A DNA stretch of 64,000 nucleotides from Bdellovibrionales bacterium (GCA_965262715.1 OZ253553.1:256001-320000), one strand, 5' to 3'; counted from the first letter of the stretch, positions 8,007-19,593 are shown. Notes: generated from the letters alone by a model not told the origin. Made by a program: numbers and translations.

Positions 8007-11000
8007 CTATATTGGTTTCCAGCAACCAGTAGTTTGTAGCTGACATGTTGTACCAGTGTTATCCTCGTTACAATGAGATTCAGAGTCATAAATACACTCA
8101 TCTGGTGACCAACATCCAGCCAGTTTAACACAAGTCCGGCCAGGATTAGCCCGCAGACAAGCTGCTAGCATTTCAAACCTGTTTAGACCGGCACATTGTG
8201 CTGCCCCACACAAATAACTTGGGTTACAACCACCCATTTCGCCAAGACAGTCCTGATCTGAACAGCACTCAACGCTTTCTGTAGAAAAACAAGATACACT
8301 TTGTGAATCACTTTCGCATGTCCACTCATACTCTCGAGTAGGTTCCCAGCCATGGACAAAACACCTATTATTAACCAAGGAAGGAGTCCCTACCTTACAA
8401 CGATCTCTTCCGTAAGGTTGACTACCACACTCTGGAGCAGGAGGAGGGCAATGACTGTTGTCAGGATAAGTATCACCATCACAACATTTTGTAGTAGAAT
8501 CACAACACCCTGCTGGTGGTGGTTGAGGGCACGAGCCACAATTACATTTATTATGGAGGGGACAATCTACAGTCTTTTTTGCATCTGTACTTTGACATTT
8601 CCATTGAGCCTCTATCTGTGTACTAGTAGGTTGAAAAAGATTACCTTCTGTACATGTGCCTTGTTGCGTTGTGCCATGAACATAACCTCCACACACTGCC
8701 TTTGATGGCGGTGGAGGACAGTGAGTAGGGTTGTCTGCATGGGTCTGACCAGGACAGCATCTTACAGCTGGGTTACATCCGCAAGTGGGACTATCTTTTC
8801 CAGTACATCCATTACTAGTTGTGCCTTTACATATCCATGTTCCAGGATTTGGAGGAGGGTCTGGGTCTGGATTTCCAGCAGCACATCCGGTATCATTGCA
8901 CACTCCATCTATAGGAGGAAGGGCAGGAGGGGAAGGAGGGCAACCTTGTGGTGTGATGCCGCAAGTTCCACTCTTTCCACCACCACCTATACCCAAACAT
9001 TCCCACTGGGTAGTATTAATGTCTTGTTTAGTTCCCACAGCGCATCCAGTATCGCTGCACTTTCCATCTCTTGGACAAGTTCCAGTGTTACTTCCTGTAC
9101 CTATGCCTTTACATGTCCAGGATCCAGTAGAACTAAGAGATAAGTTAGGATTAGCAGGCTTTTGAGTTCCTGCAGAGCATCCAGATCCAGTCGGACTGCA
9201 CTTTCCATTAATATTAAGTGGGCAAGGAGTCTGAGGAGCATCATCTCCTCCATTTTCACCTTTACATATCCATGTTCCATCATTATGTTTTATTTCCGTT
9301 CCCTCACTGCATCCTGTAGGGTTGCATATTGCATTTACTTTTGTCACATCTGGTTCACAAGTTGCAGAATCTCCTCCATTTTTACCTTTACATGTCCGTG
9401 TTTTAGTAAGATCTGGAGGATCTGGGTCTGGATCTCCTTTATCACATCCAGTCGGACTGCACTCTCCATTCACTGGACACTTATCGTTGCTTCCTCCTAA
9501 ATCTGAGTGCTTATCACTATCACAACATTTCACAGCTGAGTCACATGTGCCGCAAACTCCGCTATCATCTCCTTTATTTTCACCTTTACATATCCATGTT
9601 ACATCAGGAGGTGTTGCATTTTCTTTATCTCCGTATTTGCAACCATCATTAGGAGTATCGCACTCTCCATTCACTGGACAGTTATCGTTGCTTCCTCCTA
9701 AGTCTGAGTGCTTATCAGTGTCACAACATTCTTTACTTGGGTCACATGCAGACGGTGGTCTTCCACAACATTCTCCTCCATTTTCAGTAACTTCCTGAGG
9801 TTCTTTGTTATCTATAAGAGGAATCTTAATCCAGTCATCAGAACCCCAAAGCTGCTGCGTATTGAGGCTTGCACAAGTACTTGCAGTATGTGTCCAATTC
9901 GATGTATCTGATGCACCATCACCTGTGTATCCTTGTGCTTCTGCTAAACTTTGACAAGTCGGTCTGCAAACTCCATCATCATTGATCTCTTGAACATGAC
10001 ATGTCCCTGAACTTGCACAGTTAGTAGCACAGAATTGCCCTGTGCAATCTCCTCCTTCTGATACTAGACAACAAGCCTTTCCATTTGCCTTGACACAATC
10101 AGATGGACAATTCGAGTTACTGGGGAAAGTATCACCTGTGGATGGACAACATTCCACAGTTGAATCACAAGGAGGTGGTGTCACTCCTAATTCTAGTGCA
10201 CATGAAGCTGGCCTAGCATCACACCGCTCCGAAGATAAATTCCCTCCACCAACACCTAGATCAGGACAACCTCCACTGGGGACACCACATGCTCCACTAA
10301 AACTCACAGTATGAGTTCTTGGTGTAGGAGTATATTGATATACATCACAGGCATGGCACCTATGAGGATTACAGTTATAAGGATTACACTGAACTGATAC
10401 AGTCTGACAATTTAGCCCATTCAGGTCACATTGTTGCTGTGAACAAGTATTGTAACAAGTATCGTAACAAGTATGTGAACATGGTGTTCTGCAACTTTGA
10501 GCACAACTGACTGTACAAGAACCACTATCACACCCTATTGTATAAGTTCCAGAGGTATCACAAGTGAGATCAGTTGAACCAGTAGGTTGACATGTTCCAC
10601 TTTTTGAGTAACTACATGAATTTCCTTGCCTTCTCCCTACACAAGCAGATGTTGGCCCTGTCTCACTACAAGGAGATGTCGAATTACAAGGAAGGTCATA
10701 ATGGCAATCATACAAGCCTAGTGGTGGACAACCGGATGCTGAATCCTGTTGAGTCCTACCTCCCCCCTTGGGATTAGAGCAAGAGTTTGGGTATGAGTTT
10801 GTTTCACACTCATCTGTTCCAACAGTCCCACATTCATTCCTAAACCCATCACAGCAGATCAATTGAGGTTCACATTGCACATTTGTACATTTGCATGATG
10901 GGCCTGTACACGTAGGCTTGTGAGGAACATAAACACTCCACTCTGTGTCTTTACAAACTCCGGATCCAGTTCCACCACAAACATGGTGATATTTAGTGGA

Positions 11001-13013
11001 AAATTGGATGGGATTGCAGCCATCATCATGATAAGGCTTGCTCCCCTCTAACTTACAATCCAACTGACCACCATCACCATCTTTTCTAGCTCTACTGCCC
11101 ATAAAATTATCATTACAATCTACGGAATAGTGCTTTGGAAGTTCCCCTGCAGTATCTTTTGCAGGAAGCACTGTTTTTATAAGATAAGCATCCTTATCTG
11201 TACTTTTGAGCCACTCAGGGTCATTTGGAAAGTCATGAGTCTCAAATTTACTGGGTAAATCTGTATCCCATACTAAGTCTTTTGTATTTGTACCTCCGCA
11301 TGTGTCCTTGGGAGTGAAGGTGATCGTTTGTCTGCCTTGCTGAACTCCACTCAGCTCTCCCCCGCAATCTGAAGTTAAAGTTGGACTTGTTGCAGCTGTA
11401 CCGTTTCCATCTTCTCTTTCCCCTTCAAGCTCACACTTTTCTAGATTATGAGTGAATTGATCTTCTATACTTGCTGAAAACTCAACTGTGTCTTGATTGC
11501 ACTGAACCCATTTGTTTGTTGAATCTCCAGGTTTTATCCAATTTGTGAAAAGACCATCGTAATCACGGCCTCCTCCACCATCATCAGGAGTACCTACTGC
11601 ATCATTAGTAATACTCCTACTTGATATAGTAGGTCTAATAGCATCAATGTAAAATCTGGACACCATCTTCTTTCTTAAATTGCGACCTGCCATAGAAAAT
11701 TCGCCAACATTCAATTCATATCTTCTATCTGTTTTCATATCACTAAATTCCATCTCAAGAACTTGAGGGTTTGTAAGTTGCGATGCGTATTTCCAATCCT
11801 GGTCTGGACCCGTAGGTTGAATATGATGACATCTCTGCCAACGACCTAACTGAGGATTACAACCATTGTAACTTGCATCTCCATAAGATCTGCAATAAGA
11901 GTTCATCTGACATAAAATGACTGTGCCTATCTGCTGGCTTTCTTGTATACCATTAAAATTGACTGTGACTGTTATATCATCATAACCAGCACCATCAGTG
12001 TCACAAGAGGTCAACAATAAGGTTGAATTAGTTAAAAGGTCTTGGCCAGCTCCAGTAGTCAAGCCTACCATAGCTGCATGAATAGCTTTTGACAGCGTTG
12101 CCGTTATTGGCTTTATCTGATGAGCAAACCTATGAGAAGCATTACATCTATACCCTTGATCGTTACGATTGTATTTCAACATGATTGTAATCTCAAAACC
12201 AATTTCTGGATCACCTAATACATTTAAGGCTGGGGATAATTGCGCTCCTTGAGGATTATGAAAACGAGGACGTGTTAAAATCTTACTGGGGGGAGATGCT
12301 ATTGGCTTTTCTGTTTGTAAGTTTATTGGAGATATTTTTATATAAAATTTTAGGTTCTCTAAATCAAATTGATCTCCATACTTCTCTAATATAGAAAACA
12401 TGTTACCACTATTCATGCCATTAACTGTGTACATTTTACCATCACCACTGTTCTCTGTAAAAAATCCATTATCTGAATTGTAAAGATATTGAAGAGCATT
12501 CACAGAATTCACAATGAGTGTTGACGTAGATATGTCAAAAGGATAAGTAGCTCCAATAAGAGGCTTACCTGTATTTGATTGGGGGTCTCCTGTAGGAGGA
12601 GTGATGCCAAGGCTTTTATATAATTCATTGTACATCTCTGGAGGAAAAGAAAGCTCACTACCACTGCCAACATCCTTAACAACTCCACCATCATCTTTAA
12701 TAAACAATGGTTCATACATAAATATAAAATGATCAGTGCCTGTATGGTGAATTTTATATCCATAAAGACGCGCTCCTAAAGACACAACACTTTCTAAGGC
12801 TTGTTTTGCAATAGTGTCACACTGTGTAACTTGAGAGGAAGAGCTCATAGTGACTTTTGTTTGAGTAAAAAAATAACTGGTCCCTACTGCTACAGTCGCT
12901 AAAAACACGGCTATTAAAATAATCTCCACTAACATCATCCCCTGCTGGCCACGATGAGTGAAACGCTTTGTCCCTAAACTAAGATAAGAAGAAAAGTTAC
13001 ATGTTTTAAACAT
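8007..13013 (-). CDS. Giant Cys-rich protein with type IV prepilin-like leader, copy A (1668 aa from MFKTC; ORF track starts at 13058)
   Basis: RGQQG|MMLVEIILIAVFLATVAVG class III signal (G-1, E+5); many NG.C...W.C.G..GG and CC...N.HC modules. Confidence 0.8.
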   Translation of the reverse strand: MFKTCNFSSYLSLGTKRFTHRGQQGMMLVEIILIAVFLATVAVGTSYFFTQTKVTMSSSSQVTQCDTIAKQALESVVSLGARLYGYKIHHTGTDHFIFMYEPLFIKDDGGVVKDVGSGSELSFPPEMYNELYKSLGITPPTGDPQSNTGKPLIGATYPFDISTSTLIVNSVNALQYLYNSDNGFFTENSGDGKMYTVNGMNSGNMFSILEKYGDQFDLENLKFYIKISPINLQTEKPIASPPSKILTRPRFHNPQGAQLSPALNVLGDPEIGFEITIMLKYNRNDQGYRCNASHRFAHQIKPITATLSKAIHAAMVGLTTGAGQDLLTNSTLLLTSCDTDGAGYDDITVTVNFNGIQESQQIGTVILCQMNSYCRSYGDASYNGCNPQLGRWQRCHHIQPTGPDQDWKYASQLTNPQVLEMEFSDMKTDRRYELNVGEFSMAGRNLRKKMVSRFYIDAIRPTISSRSITNDAVGTPDDGGGGRDYDGLFTNWIKPGDSTNKWVQCNQDTVEFSASIEDQFTHNLEKCELEGEREDGNGTAATSPTLTSDCGGELSGVQQGRQTITFTPKDTCGGTNTKDLVWDTDLPSKFETHDFPNDPEWLKSTDKDAYLIKTVLPAKDTAGELPKHYSVDCNDNFMGSRARKDGDGGQLDCKLEGSKPYHDDGCNPIQFSTKYHHVCGGTGSGVCKDTEWSVYVPHKPTCTGPSCKCTNVQCEPQLICCDGFRNECGTVGTDECETNSYPNSCSNPKGGGRTQQDSASGCPPLGLYDCHYDLPCNSTSPCSETGPTSACVGRRQGNSCSYSKSGTCQPTGSTDLTCDTSGTYTIGCDSGSCTVSCAQSCRTPCSHTCYDTCYNTCSQQQCDLNGLNCQTVSVQCNPYNCNPHRCHACDVYQYTPTPRTHTVSFSGACGVPSGGCPDLGVGGGNLSSERCDARPASCALELGVTPPPCDSTVECCPSTGDTFPSNSNCPSDCVKANGKACCLVSEGGDCTGQFCATNCASSGTCHVQEINDDGVCRPTCQSLAEAQGYTGDGASDTSNWTHTASTCASLNTQQLWGSDDWIKIPLIDNKEPQEVTENGGECCGRPPSACDPSKECCDTDKHSDLGGSNDNCPVNGECDTPNDGCKYGDKENATPPDVTWICKGENKGDDSGVCGTCDSAVKCCDSDKHSDLGGSNDKCPVNGECSPTGCDKGDPDPDPPDLTKTRTCKGKNGGDSATCEPDVTKVNAICNPTGCSEGTEIKHNDGTWICKGENGGDDAPQTPCPLNINGKCSPTGSGCSAGTQKPANPNLSLSSTGSWTCKGIGTGSNTGTCPRDGKCSDTGCAVGTKQDINTTQWECLGIGGGGKSGTCGITPQGCPPSPPALPPIDGVCNDTGCAAGNPDPDPPPNPGTWICKGTTSNGCTGKDSPTCGCNPAVRCCPGQTHADNPTHCPPPPSKAVCGGYVHGTTQQGTCTEGNLFQPTSTQIEAQWKCQSTDAKKTVDCPLHNKCNCGSCPQPPPAGCCDSTTKCCDGDTYPDNSHCPPPAPECGSQPYGRDRCKVGTPSLVNNRCFVHGWEPTREYEWTCESDSQSVSCFSTESVECCSDQDCLGEMGGCNPSYLCGAAQCAGLNRFEMLAACLRANPGRTCVKLAGCWSPDECIYDSESHCNEDNTGTTCQLQTTGCWKPI

Positions 13014-13039
13014 TTGTAGAACCCAAAGATAATTTAAGT
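9027..13039 (-). repeat. 4013-bp inner inverted repeat, partner 40167-44179
   Basis: Coordinates sum to 53206 at both ends; main and shadow ORF translations are identical in both copies. Confidence 0.95.
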
Positions 13040-13534
13040 TTAACAAAAAAAATAACATTAAAAAAAATAAGGTATTATTTGGAGTTATGAATAAAAGTTC
13101 TGTACAAACACCTTAGTGTATATGATTTATCTCACATCTTATTGTAACTTAAGCTGTGATAAAAAGAAACTATTAAAATTATCAATTACTGTATCAATAA
13201 GATATATATAGGTTAAAAAAATATTTCAAATTAAAGAAAGGTGTTTCAAATAAAGAAAATGTTATTCAAAATGTTTCAAATTGATTGAATAATTATGACT
13301 CATAAATAGAACATCTGGTATTCCAGCAGACAAGATAATCAGGTAACGGTATTAGGTAACAGTCATAAAATTAAGCTATTAACTGGCAAGTACTTTTTAC
13401 ATCATTATAGAAGGTTAACATTACTGATAACAGGTGTAGTTTGCCTGCTTCCCTGTTTGCCCGACTGCCGAATTAAAATAAAAACTTAATAAAATGTAAT
13501 TTGTAAATTCGATATGCTATCTTGCAAAAAGTAA
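13040..13534 (-). repeat. Upstream region of copy A, homologous (inverted) to 37681-38160
   Basis: Near-identical close to the gene, increasingly diverged distally. Confidence 0.85.
13225..13280. promoter_or_regulatory. Phased TTCAAA repeats upstream of Cys-rich gene A
   Basis: TTCAAA ends at 13230, 13250, 13270 and 13280; preserved as TTTGAA at 37921, 37931, 37951 and 37971. Confidence 0.4.
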
Positions 13535-13653
13535 TAACTCATAGAAGGGCTCTTAAAAAATAAGTTTTGTATTTTAAAATAAGTATAACTCGACTTCATA
13601 CAAAATCAACATTCTGACAAAAGAAGCAAGTTGGTAACAGCCATAGAATTGCT

Positions 13654-14361
13654 TTAGTTCATTTCAGTTAAAATATTCTCAAGAGTTTTTCTAGGATCCT
13701 TTGAATAAATTATAGGACGACCTATGACCAGAGCGGATGCTCCATTGAGTAGAGCCTCTTGAGGGCTCATAACTCTTTTTTGATCTTCTAAAATTTGAGC
13801 TTTATGTAATCTTACACCAGGGGTAATGATATTTAAGTCATTATGCGCTCTTCTTATCTCTTTAGCTTCATGTGGAGAACAGACAACTCCATTCAGTCCA
13901 GATTCTACAGTTAAATTAACTAGCATTTTAACATGATCTAAAATGGAAATATTCTTCAGGTTGGAAGGTAGTGTATCAGAAGAAAAACTTGTTAAGATTG
14001 TTACACTTAGGATATGAAAAGCGCGCTTATTCTGCAGTTTACTTTCTAATGAGGCCAACTGTTCTAAAGCAACACGGCCTGCTAAGGCATGGACAGTTAC
14101 TAAACTAGCTCCTTGGTCAAAACAAGCTTGAGTCGCATTGACCATGGTACTTGGTATATCGTAAAACTTTTGGTCAATAAAAAGAGGAGCCATGTCCGCA
14201 AGTTTTTTAATAAAGGATTTATCAGATCTTAATAATAACCTAGGGCCTACTTTGTAGGCACCAACAATATCTTTTAAAGATTCTGCTAAAAACATAGCTT
14301 CTTTAGGATGATTTACATCTAATGCTACAATAATAGGGGTTTTTATATTAAGCTTTGACAT
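13654..14361 (-). CDS. pyrF: Orotidine-5'-phosphate decarboxylase
   Basis: IVALD, YKVG, DQKFYDIPST, VTILTS, TPGVR, DQKRV, IGRPI. Confidence 0.95.
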   Translation of the reverse strand: MSKLNIKTPIIVALDVNHPKEAMFLAESLKDIVGAYKVGPRLLLRSDKSFIKKLADMAPLFIDQKFYDIPSTMVNATQACFDQGASLVTVHALAGRVALEQLASLESKLQNKRAFHILSVTILTSFSSDTLPSNLKNISILDHVKMLVNLTVESGLNGVVCSPHEAKEIRRAHNDLNIITPGVRLHKAQILEDQKRVMSPQEALLNGASALVIGRPIIYSKDPRKTLENILTEMN

Positions 14362-14996
14362 ATTTGCCTATTTTTTCCTGTTTATCAAAAATAATACCAA
14401 TATTAAATATTTTACAACTTATTTTTAATAAAATGCCAAAAAATACGGTCAATAAATTGAGGATATAACTTTATTTTTTTATTTTCATACATAATACATA
14501 ATTTTAAAGTTATTTATTTTAGAGTTTCATAAAAAAATAATGAATATGTAAAATTTAGCTTGCATATTTGTCTCATATCGTGTAAGGTTTTCTTAACTCG
14601 TTAAAAAGTGACTTTATTTGAGACAGTTTCAATTAAAGTCATTTAATAATAATGGCATCCTTTGATCAATACAAGATAGCAATTCATGTAGAGTGGTGTT
14701 CAATACCCACTGCTGCTTTCAGTAGCCTTTAGTAGTTTGTTTATCTTGTCATAAATACACTTAAAATGTGTTCTTAGACTTTTTTTATAGCTTGAGACTT
14801 TAGAAATACTTTAGTTTTAACAATTAAAGATTTTCTATATGTTGTTATGACAACAATGAGAACTGAAAAGGTTACTTTGAAATAAATTTATTTTACTAAA
14901 AATATCAAAGAAAGATAAGCTACACATTTTACTTACAAATTGAGTTCTAAGTCTGTTTTTTATTGTTTTAATACTTTGTAGAAAGGTGGTATAAAG

Positions 14997-16076
14997 ATGT
15001 CAAATAATTGTTTTGTTTTACCAAATCAAAATATCTCATTATCTATTTTTGAAATGCAAAAAAATAAATTATCATCAAAGATTTTATATAGGTCTAAAAT
15101 CATGCATTCCTTATTAAAGATGACTGAGCGTGTGGCCTCTTCAAGCGCAAATGTTCTAACTCTTGGAGATAGTGGTACTGGAAAAGAGCTTATCGCAAGA
15201 TATATTCATGAGCGGTCTCAAAGAGCCAATAATTCTTTCGTGGCCATTAACTGCAGTGCCCTAAGAGAATCTCTTTTAGAAAGTGAACTTTTTGGCCATG
15301 AAAAAGGTGCTTTTACAGGTGCTTATTCTCAAAAAGTTGGTTTAGCAGAAGTAGCTAGCGGAGGCACTCTCTTTTTGGATGAAATTGCTGAATTATCTCT
15401 TAATATTCAAGCTAAACTTTTAAGATTTATTCAAGAAAGCGAAATTTATCGTGTTGGTGGCAAAAAACCAATTAAGGTAGATATTCGATTAGTGACTGCA
15501 ACAAACAAGAATTTAGAAACAGAAGTGATTAAAGGAAATTTTAGAGAAGATCTTTTTTATCGTATCAACACAATCATGATAAATATCCCTTCTCTTAGAA
15601 GAAGAAGAGAAGATATCTCTCTTTTAGTGAATCATTTCTTATCACAATCTAATAATAAGAGCAATGGTGAGAATTCAAAAAGTTTGGAGTGCAAAAAAGT
15701 CATGAGTGCAGAAACAATGAAGCTCATGGTAAAATATGATTGGCCGGGCAATGTGCGAGAGCTTCAAAACGCATGTCAGAGATTGAGAATTCTTGCAGAA
15801 GGTCCTGTCATTAAGCCAACTGATCTTCCAGAGAACATTCTTTATTCAGATCAAAAGGTCATTACAGATGCTTATGATCCTACTGTTAATTTGCATGATC
15901 TTGAAAGACGTTATATTTTAGAGGCTCTCAAGTATTTTGAAGGCAATAAAACAAAAACAGCTCGTGCTCTTGGTATGACCATCAAAACTCTTTATAATAG
16001 ACTTCACGAATACAATCAATTTAAGAAAAAGCAATACAAGGATCAAGCTGAGAAGGTCAAAACAGTCACAATTTAA
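14997..16076 (+). CDS. Sigma-54-dependent transcriptional activator (AAA plus Fis HTH) with no obvious N-terminal sensor
   Basis: GDSGTGKE, GAFTGA, FLDEI, WPGNVREL, GNKTKTARALG. Confidence 0.92.
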   Translation: MSNNCFVLPNQNISLSIFEMQKNKLSSKILYRSKIMHSLLKMTERVASSSANVLTLGDSGTGKELIARYIHERSQRANNSFVAINCSALRESLLESELFGHEKGAFTGAYSQKVGLAEVASGGTLFLDEIAELSLNIQAKLLRFIQESEIYRVGGKKPIKVDIRLVTATNKNLETEVIKGNFREDLFYRINTIMINIPSLRRRREDISLLVNHFLSQSNNKSNGENSKSLECKKVMSAETMKLMVKYDWPGNVRELQNACQRLRILAEGPVIKPTDLPENILYSDQKVITDAYDPTVNLHDLERRYILEALKYFEGNKTKTARALGMTIKTLYNRLHEYNQFKKKQYKDQAEKVKTVTI

Positions 16077-16085
16077 AGTGTCTAG

Positions 16086-16115
16086 AGCAGGAGAGTTAAT
16101 TCTCCTGCTTTTTTT
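16086..16115 (+). terminator. Rho-independent terminator
   Basis: AGCAGGAGA-gttaat-TCTCCTGCT followed by a T-tract. Confidence 0.85.
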
Positions 16116-16434
16116 GTCTAAAAAATAAGACTGTCCCATCTATAAATCCTACTTAAGGGATCATAAAAAACTCTCATATTTATTTTATTAATAAAGGTTT
16201 TTTATACTATTACTTATTGCTATTTTAGTGAGAGTCATAAAGGTAGTTACAGAGGGTTTTAGGTAGAAAAGGTATTTTAAGGCACAATGCATCTTTCACT
16301 TGCATTTATAAAGTAAATATCTTAAATTATTATTATATATGGTATTATTATATATGGGTAGAAAATAGGTACCTGTTATTATATTAGAGATTATTTAAAA
16401 AATAATAAAAAACAAAAATAACATGAGGTAGGAG

Positions 16435-16677
16435 ATGGCACGTATAACTGTTGAAGATTGTTTAGACAACGTCACTAATCGTTTTGATTTGGTGATTTTA
16501 GTTACTAGAAGAGCAAAGTCCTTATTTAGAGGTGCAGAACCCACAGTACAAACTAAAGGTGAAAACAAGCAAGTGGTCACTGCATTAAGAGAGGTAGCTG
16601 CAGGTTACGTGAAGTTTAAATATGATGAGTCGTTAGGCACGCCTATTGAGCAAATTGAACGCGACCTTAATCGCTGA
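16435..16677 (+). CDS. rpoZ: RNA polymerase omega subunit
   Basis: MARITVEDCL...NRFDLV...ALRE; upstream of spoT. Confidence 0.95.
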   Translation: MARITVEDCLDNVTNRFDLVILVTRRAKSLFRGAEPTVQTKGENKQVVTALREVAAGYVKFKYDESLGTPIEQIERDLNR

Positions 16678-16802
16678 GGGGATGAACGTAAATAAAAACA
16701 GATATTTATGGTAAGTGGCACATATAAACGCCTATAAATTGTGTGAAATTTTTATAAAGAGTCTTAGTCATTTAACAATAAAAAACTGTTCAAAGGAGAC
16801 AG

Positions 16803-19058
16803 ATGTCTGATTGCCAACAACAAAAGGCTATAGGGCTTCAAAATCTTATATCCTCAACAACTGAACAAACAGATATTGTCACCATAGAAAGCTTATTAGA
16901 AAAACTACAGGGCAAGTACTCCGAGCAGCATTTACAGTTTATTAAGAAAGTCTATAGCTTTTCTAAAAAAGCTCATGAAGGGCAATATAGAAAGAATGGG
17001 GTTCTTTATATTTCTCACCCTTTAGCAGTGGCCAATATCTTAGCAGACTTAAATTTAGATTTCGCGACTCTTGCAACGGGTCTCTTACATGACACTGTTG
17101 AGGATACACCTGTCACACTCGATGATATATCAAAGAACTTTGGAAAAGATATCGCAAACTTAGTAGATGGTGTGACAAAAATTTCGCAGATAACTTTTCA
17201 AAACACACACACCAAACAGGGCGAAAACATTCGCAAAATGTTTATTGCTATGGCAAAAGATTTGCGTGTAATAGTTGTTAAGCTAGCTGATCGATTGCAC
17301 AATATGAGAACCTTGAACTATATGTCTTATGAAAAACAACTAAATATAGCTCAAGAAACTCTTGATATCTATGCCCCGCTAGCAAACCGCTTAGGTATTA
17401 ATGCTTGGCAGATAGAACTAGAAGATTTAAGTTTTAAGTATCTTAAACCTAACAACTTTCAAGATCTCTCTGAAAAGTTTTCAAACACAAAGAAAGAGAA
17501 AAAACAATTCATAAAAAACATGCATTCCATTTTATCTAAGGAGATAAAAAAGCAGAGTAAGTTAATTCTTACTGTACAGGGTCGACATAAGCATCTTTAT
17601 TCTATCTATCAAAAAATGAGCAAGAAAAATATCGATTACGATGCTATTTATGATGTTTTTGGTTTTCGAGTTATCACCGATACAAAGACTCAATGTTATG
17701 AGATATTAGGAATTATACATAATATGTACTGTCCTATTCCTGGCAGGTTTAAAGATTACATTGCTATACCTAAACCCAACCATTATCAGAGCCTACACAC
17801 CACAGTTATGACCACAGAAGGTGATAGAGTCGAAATTCAAATTCGTACACGAGACATGCACTTGATTGCAGAAAAAGGAATTGCAGCTCATTGGGGTTAT
17901 AAATCAGGAGAGACAATAACATCTGATACAACAAAGAAGTTTGAGTGGATCAAAAATGTTATGGATTGGAATAGAGAAACTTACGACCCTAATGAATTTC
18001 TAGAAAATATCAAGTCTGATCTTTTAGAATCAGAAATTTATATTTTTACTCCAAAAGGTGATATAAAAGCCTTAAAGGAAGGGGCAACAGCACTTGACTT
18101 TGCTTACTCAATTCATACAGAAGTAGGGCATCGTACAGTGAGTGCTAAAATTGATGGTCAAATAGTACCACTCAAATATAAGCTTCAAAATGGAGATACT
18201 GTACAAATTATGACATCTTCAAATCAAAAGCCTTCTAAAAACTGGTTGGAGTACTGTATAACATCAAGTGCAAAGTCCAAAATACGCAACTTTATTCATA
18301 CGGAAGAAAGAAAACAATCAATAGAGCTTGGACGACAATTATTAGAAAAAGAGTTTAAAAAATATGGATTTAAATTAGAAAAATATATAAATACACAGCA
18401 TGCCAAAAAATACCTAGAGAGCATAGGAGCTCATACGAAAGAATTTCTTTATGCTCAAGTAGCTTATGGAAAGAAAATGCCTAATAATGTTTTAACAAGG
18501 CTTAATGTGGAGTTTCAAAAATATCAAGAGGATGAGAAGAAAAAGCTAAAACAATCAGAGCTTCAAAAATCATCAAAAAAGATAAATAAAGAAAAAAACC
18601 ATTCACTTATTCAAGTTGATGGGATGACAGACCTTCTTTTACATTATGCGAAGTGTTGTCAGCCGATTCATGGAGACGCTATTGTTGGATTTATTTCAAG
18701 AGGTAGAGGGCTTGTAATTCATCAAATGTCTTGTCCTAAAATTTTCGAACTTGATCCTGAAAGAAGAATTAACGTAGGATGGGTAAACACACCTCATACA
18801 AAACTTATGACTCAGCTGCGTGTTGTCTGCCATGACTTTCCTGGACTTTTAAAATTAATCAGTGAAACTTTTACTTTGAAAGGCATCAATATTGAAAGTG
18901 CAGAGGTGCAAACTGATAAGAACAAAAAGGCTATTTGTACATTTGTTGTTGGGGTCACTGACAGATCTCAACTCATTGAGGCCTTAAAAAGCCTTGAAAA
19001 AGTCAATGGTGTGATTCATGCCGAACGCTCTGTTTTTAGAGAACGTAGAAGCTCATAA
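16803..19058 (+). CDS. spoT: Bifunctional (p)ppGpp synthetase/hydrolase (RelA/SpoT)
   Basis: HDTVED hydrolase, KLADRLHNMRTL, YQSLHT, EIQIRT, TGS and ACT domains. Confidence 0.95.
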   Translation: MSDCQQQKAIGLQNLISSTTEQTDIVTIESLLEKLQGKYSEQHLQFIKKVYSFSKKAHEGQYRKNGVLYISHPLAVANILADLNLDFATLATGLLHDTVEDTPVTLDDISKNFGKDIANLVDGVTKISQITFQNTHTKQGENIRKMFIAMAKDLRVIVVKLADRLHNMRTLNYMSYEKQLNIAQETLDIYAPLANRLGINAWQIELEDLSFKYLKPNNFQDLSEKFSNTKKEKKQFIKNMHSILSKEIKKQSKLILTVQGRHKHLYSIYQKMSKKNIDYDAIYDVFGFRVITDTKTQCYEILGIIHNMYCPIPGRFKDYIAIPKPNHYQSLHTTVMTTEGDRVEIQIRTRDMHLIAEKGIAAHWGYKSGETITSDTTKKFEWIKNVMDWNRETYDPNEFLENIKSDLLESEIYIFTPKGDIKALKEGATALDFAYSIHTEVGHRTVSAKIDGQIVPLKYKLQNGDTVQIMTSSNQKPSKNWLEYCITSSAKSKIRNFIHTEERKQSIELGRQLLEKEFKKYGFKLEKYINTQHAKKYLESIGAHTKEFLYAQVAYGKKMPNNVLTRLNVEFQKYQEDEKKKLKQSELQKSSKKINKEKNHSLIQVDGMTDLLLHYAKCCQPIHGDAIVGFISRGRGLVIHQMSCPKIFELDPERRINVGWVNTPHTKLMTQLRVVCHDFPGLLKLISETFTLKGINIESAEVQTDKNKKAICTFVVGVTDRSQLIEALKSLEKVNGVIHAERSVFRERRSS

Positions 19059-19125
19059 TATCTTTATCTCAATGATCTCTATTCAATAAGCAAAAAAATT
19101 GAATATCTCTACAAGAGATATTAAT

Positions 19126-19593
19126 ATGAATACAAGGATTGCTCCTCGGACAGCTAACTTTATTAAAGATCAACTTAGAAAAGCTGCTGCATTCTATAGA
19201 GATGAAGCCGAACACAGTAGAGAGATTGGTGACTTAGGAATGTCGAATTGGTATGCTAATAGAGGCTTACAAATAGCAGAATTAGAAAGACAACTTGGTT
19301 CACGGATAACATTTGGAGATGTAGATGAGATTGGAACCTATATTCAAACAATTGCAGAAGATCATGAATACGATGTTATTGATGAAGAACAACGAGGGAC
19401 GTTAAGACGAGAGATATATGGAGGTGAAAAGCTTATTGGAAAGCATCATGCTTCAAACAAATTGGGGCTAGGATCAGGGTATTCTAGATGTAGAGACTGG
19501 ATTGAGGGAGATGTTGACAGAATTATTGCCAGATACCGTGAAATTGGAACTGTTAGACCTTTTAATAGAAAAGGTACAAGTAAACTTCGATGA
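19126..19593 (+). CDS. Hypothetical protein
   Basis: Open frame; ATG at 19126 (track start TTG 19099); no motif recognised. Confidence 0.55.
   Translation: MNTRIAPRTANFIKDQLRKAAAFYRDEAEHSREIGDLGMSNWYANRGLQIAELERQLGSRITFGDVDEIGTYIQTIAEDHEYDVIDEEQRGTLRREIYGGEKLIGKHHASNKLGLGSGYSRCRDWIEGDVDRIIARYREIGTVRPFNRKGTSKLR

Noticed and set aside
8352..12763. Small ORFs overlapping Cys-rich gene A (and mirrored ones at 40443-45599)
   Set aside because: Shadow frames of a biased coding sequence; used only as evidence of nucleotide identity between the copies.
16328..16357. 15-bp tandem TATTATTATATATGG x2 upstream of rpoZ
   Set aside because: Low-complexity AT-rich duplication with no further support.
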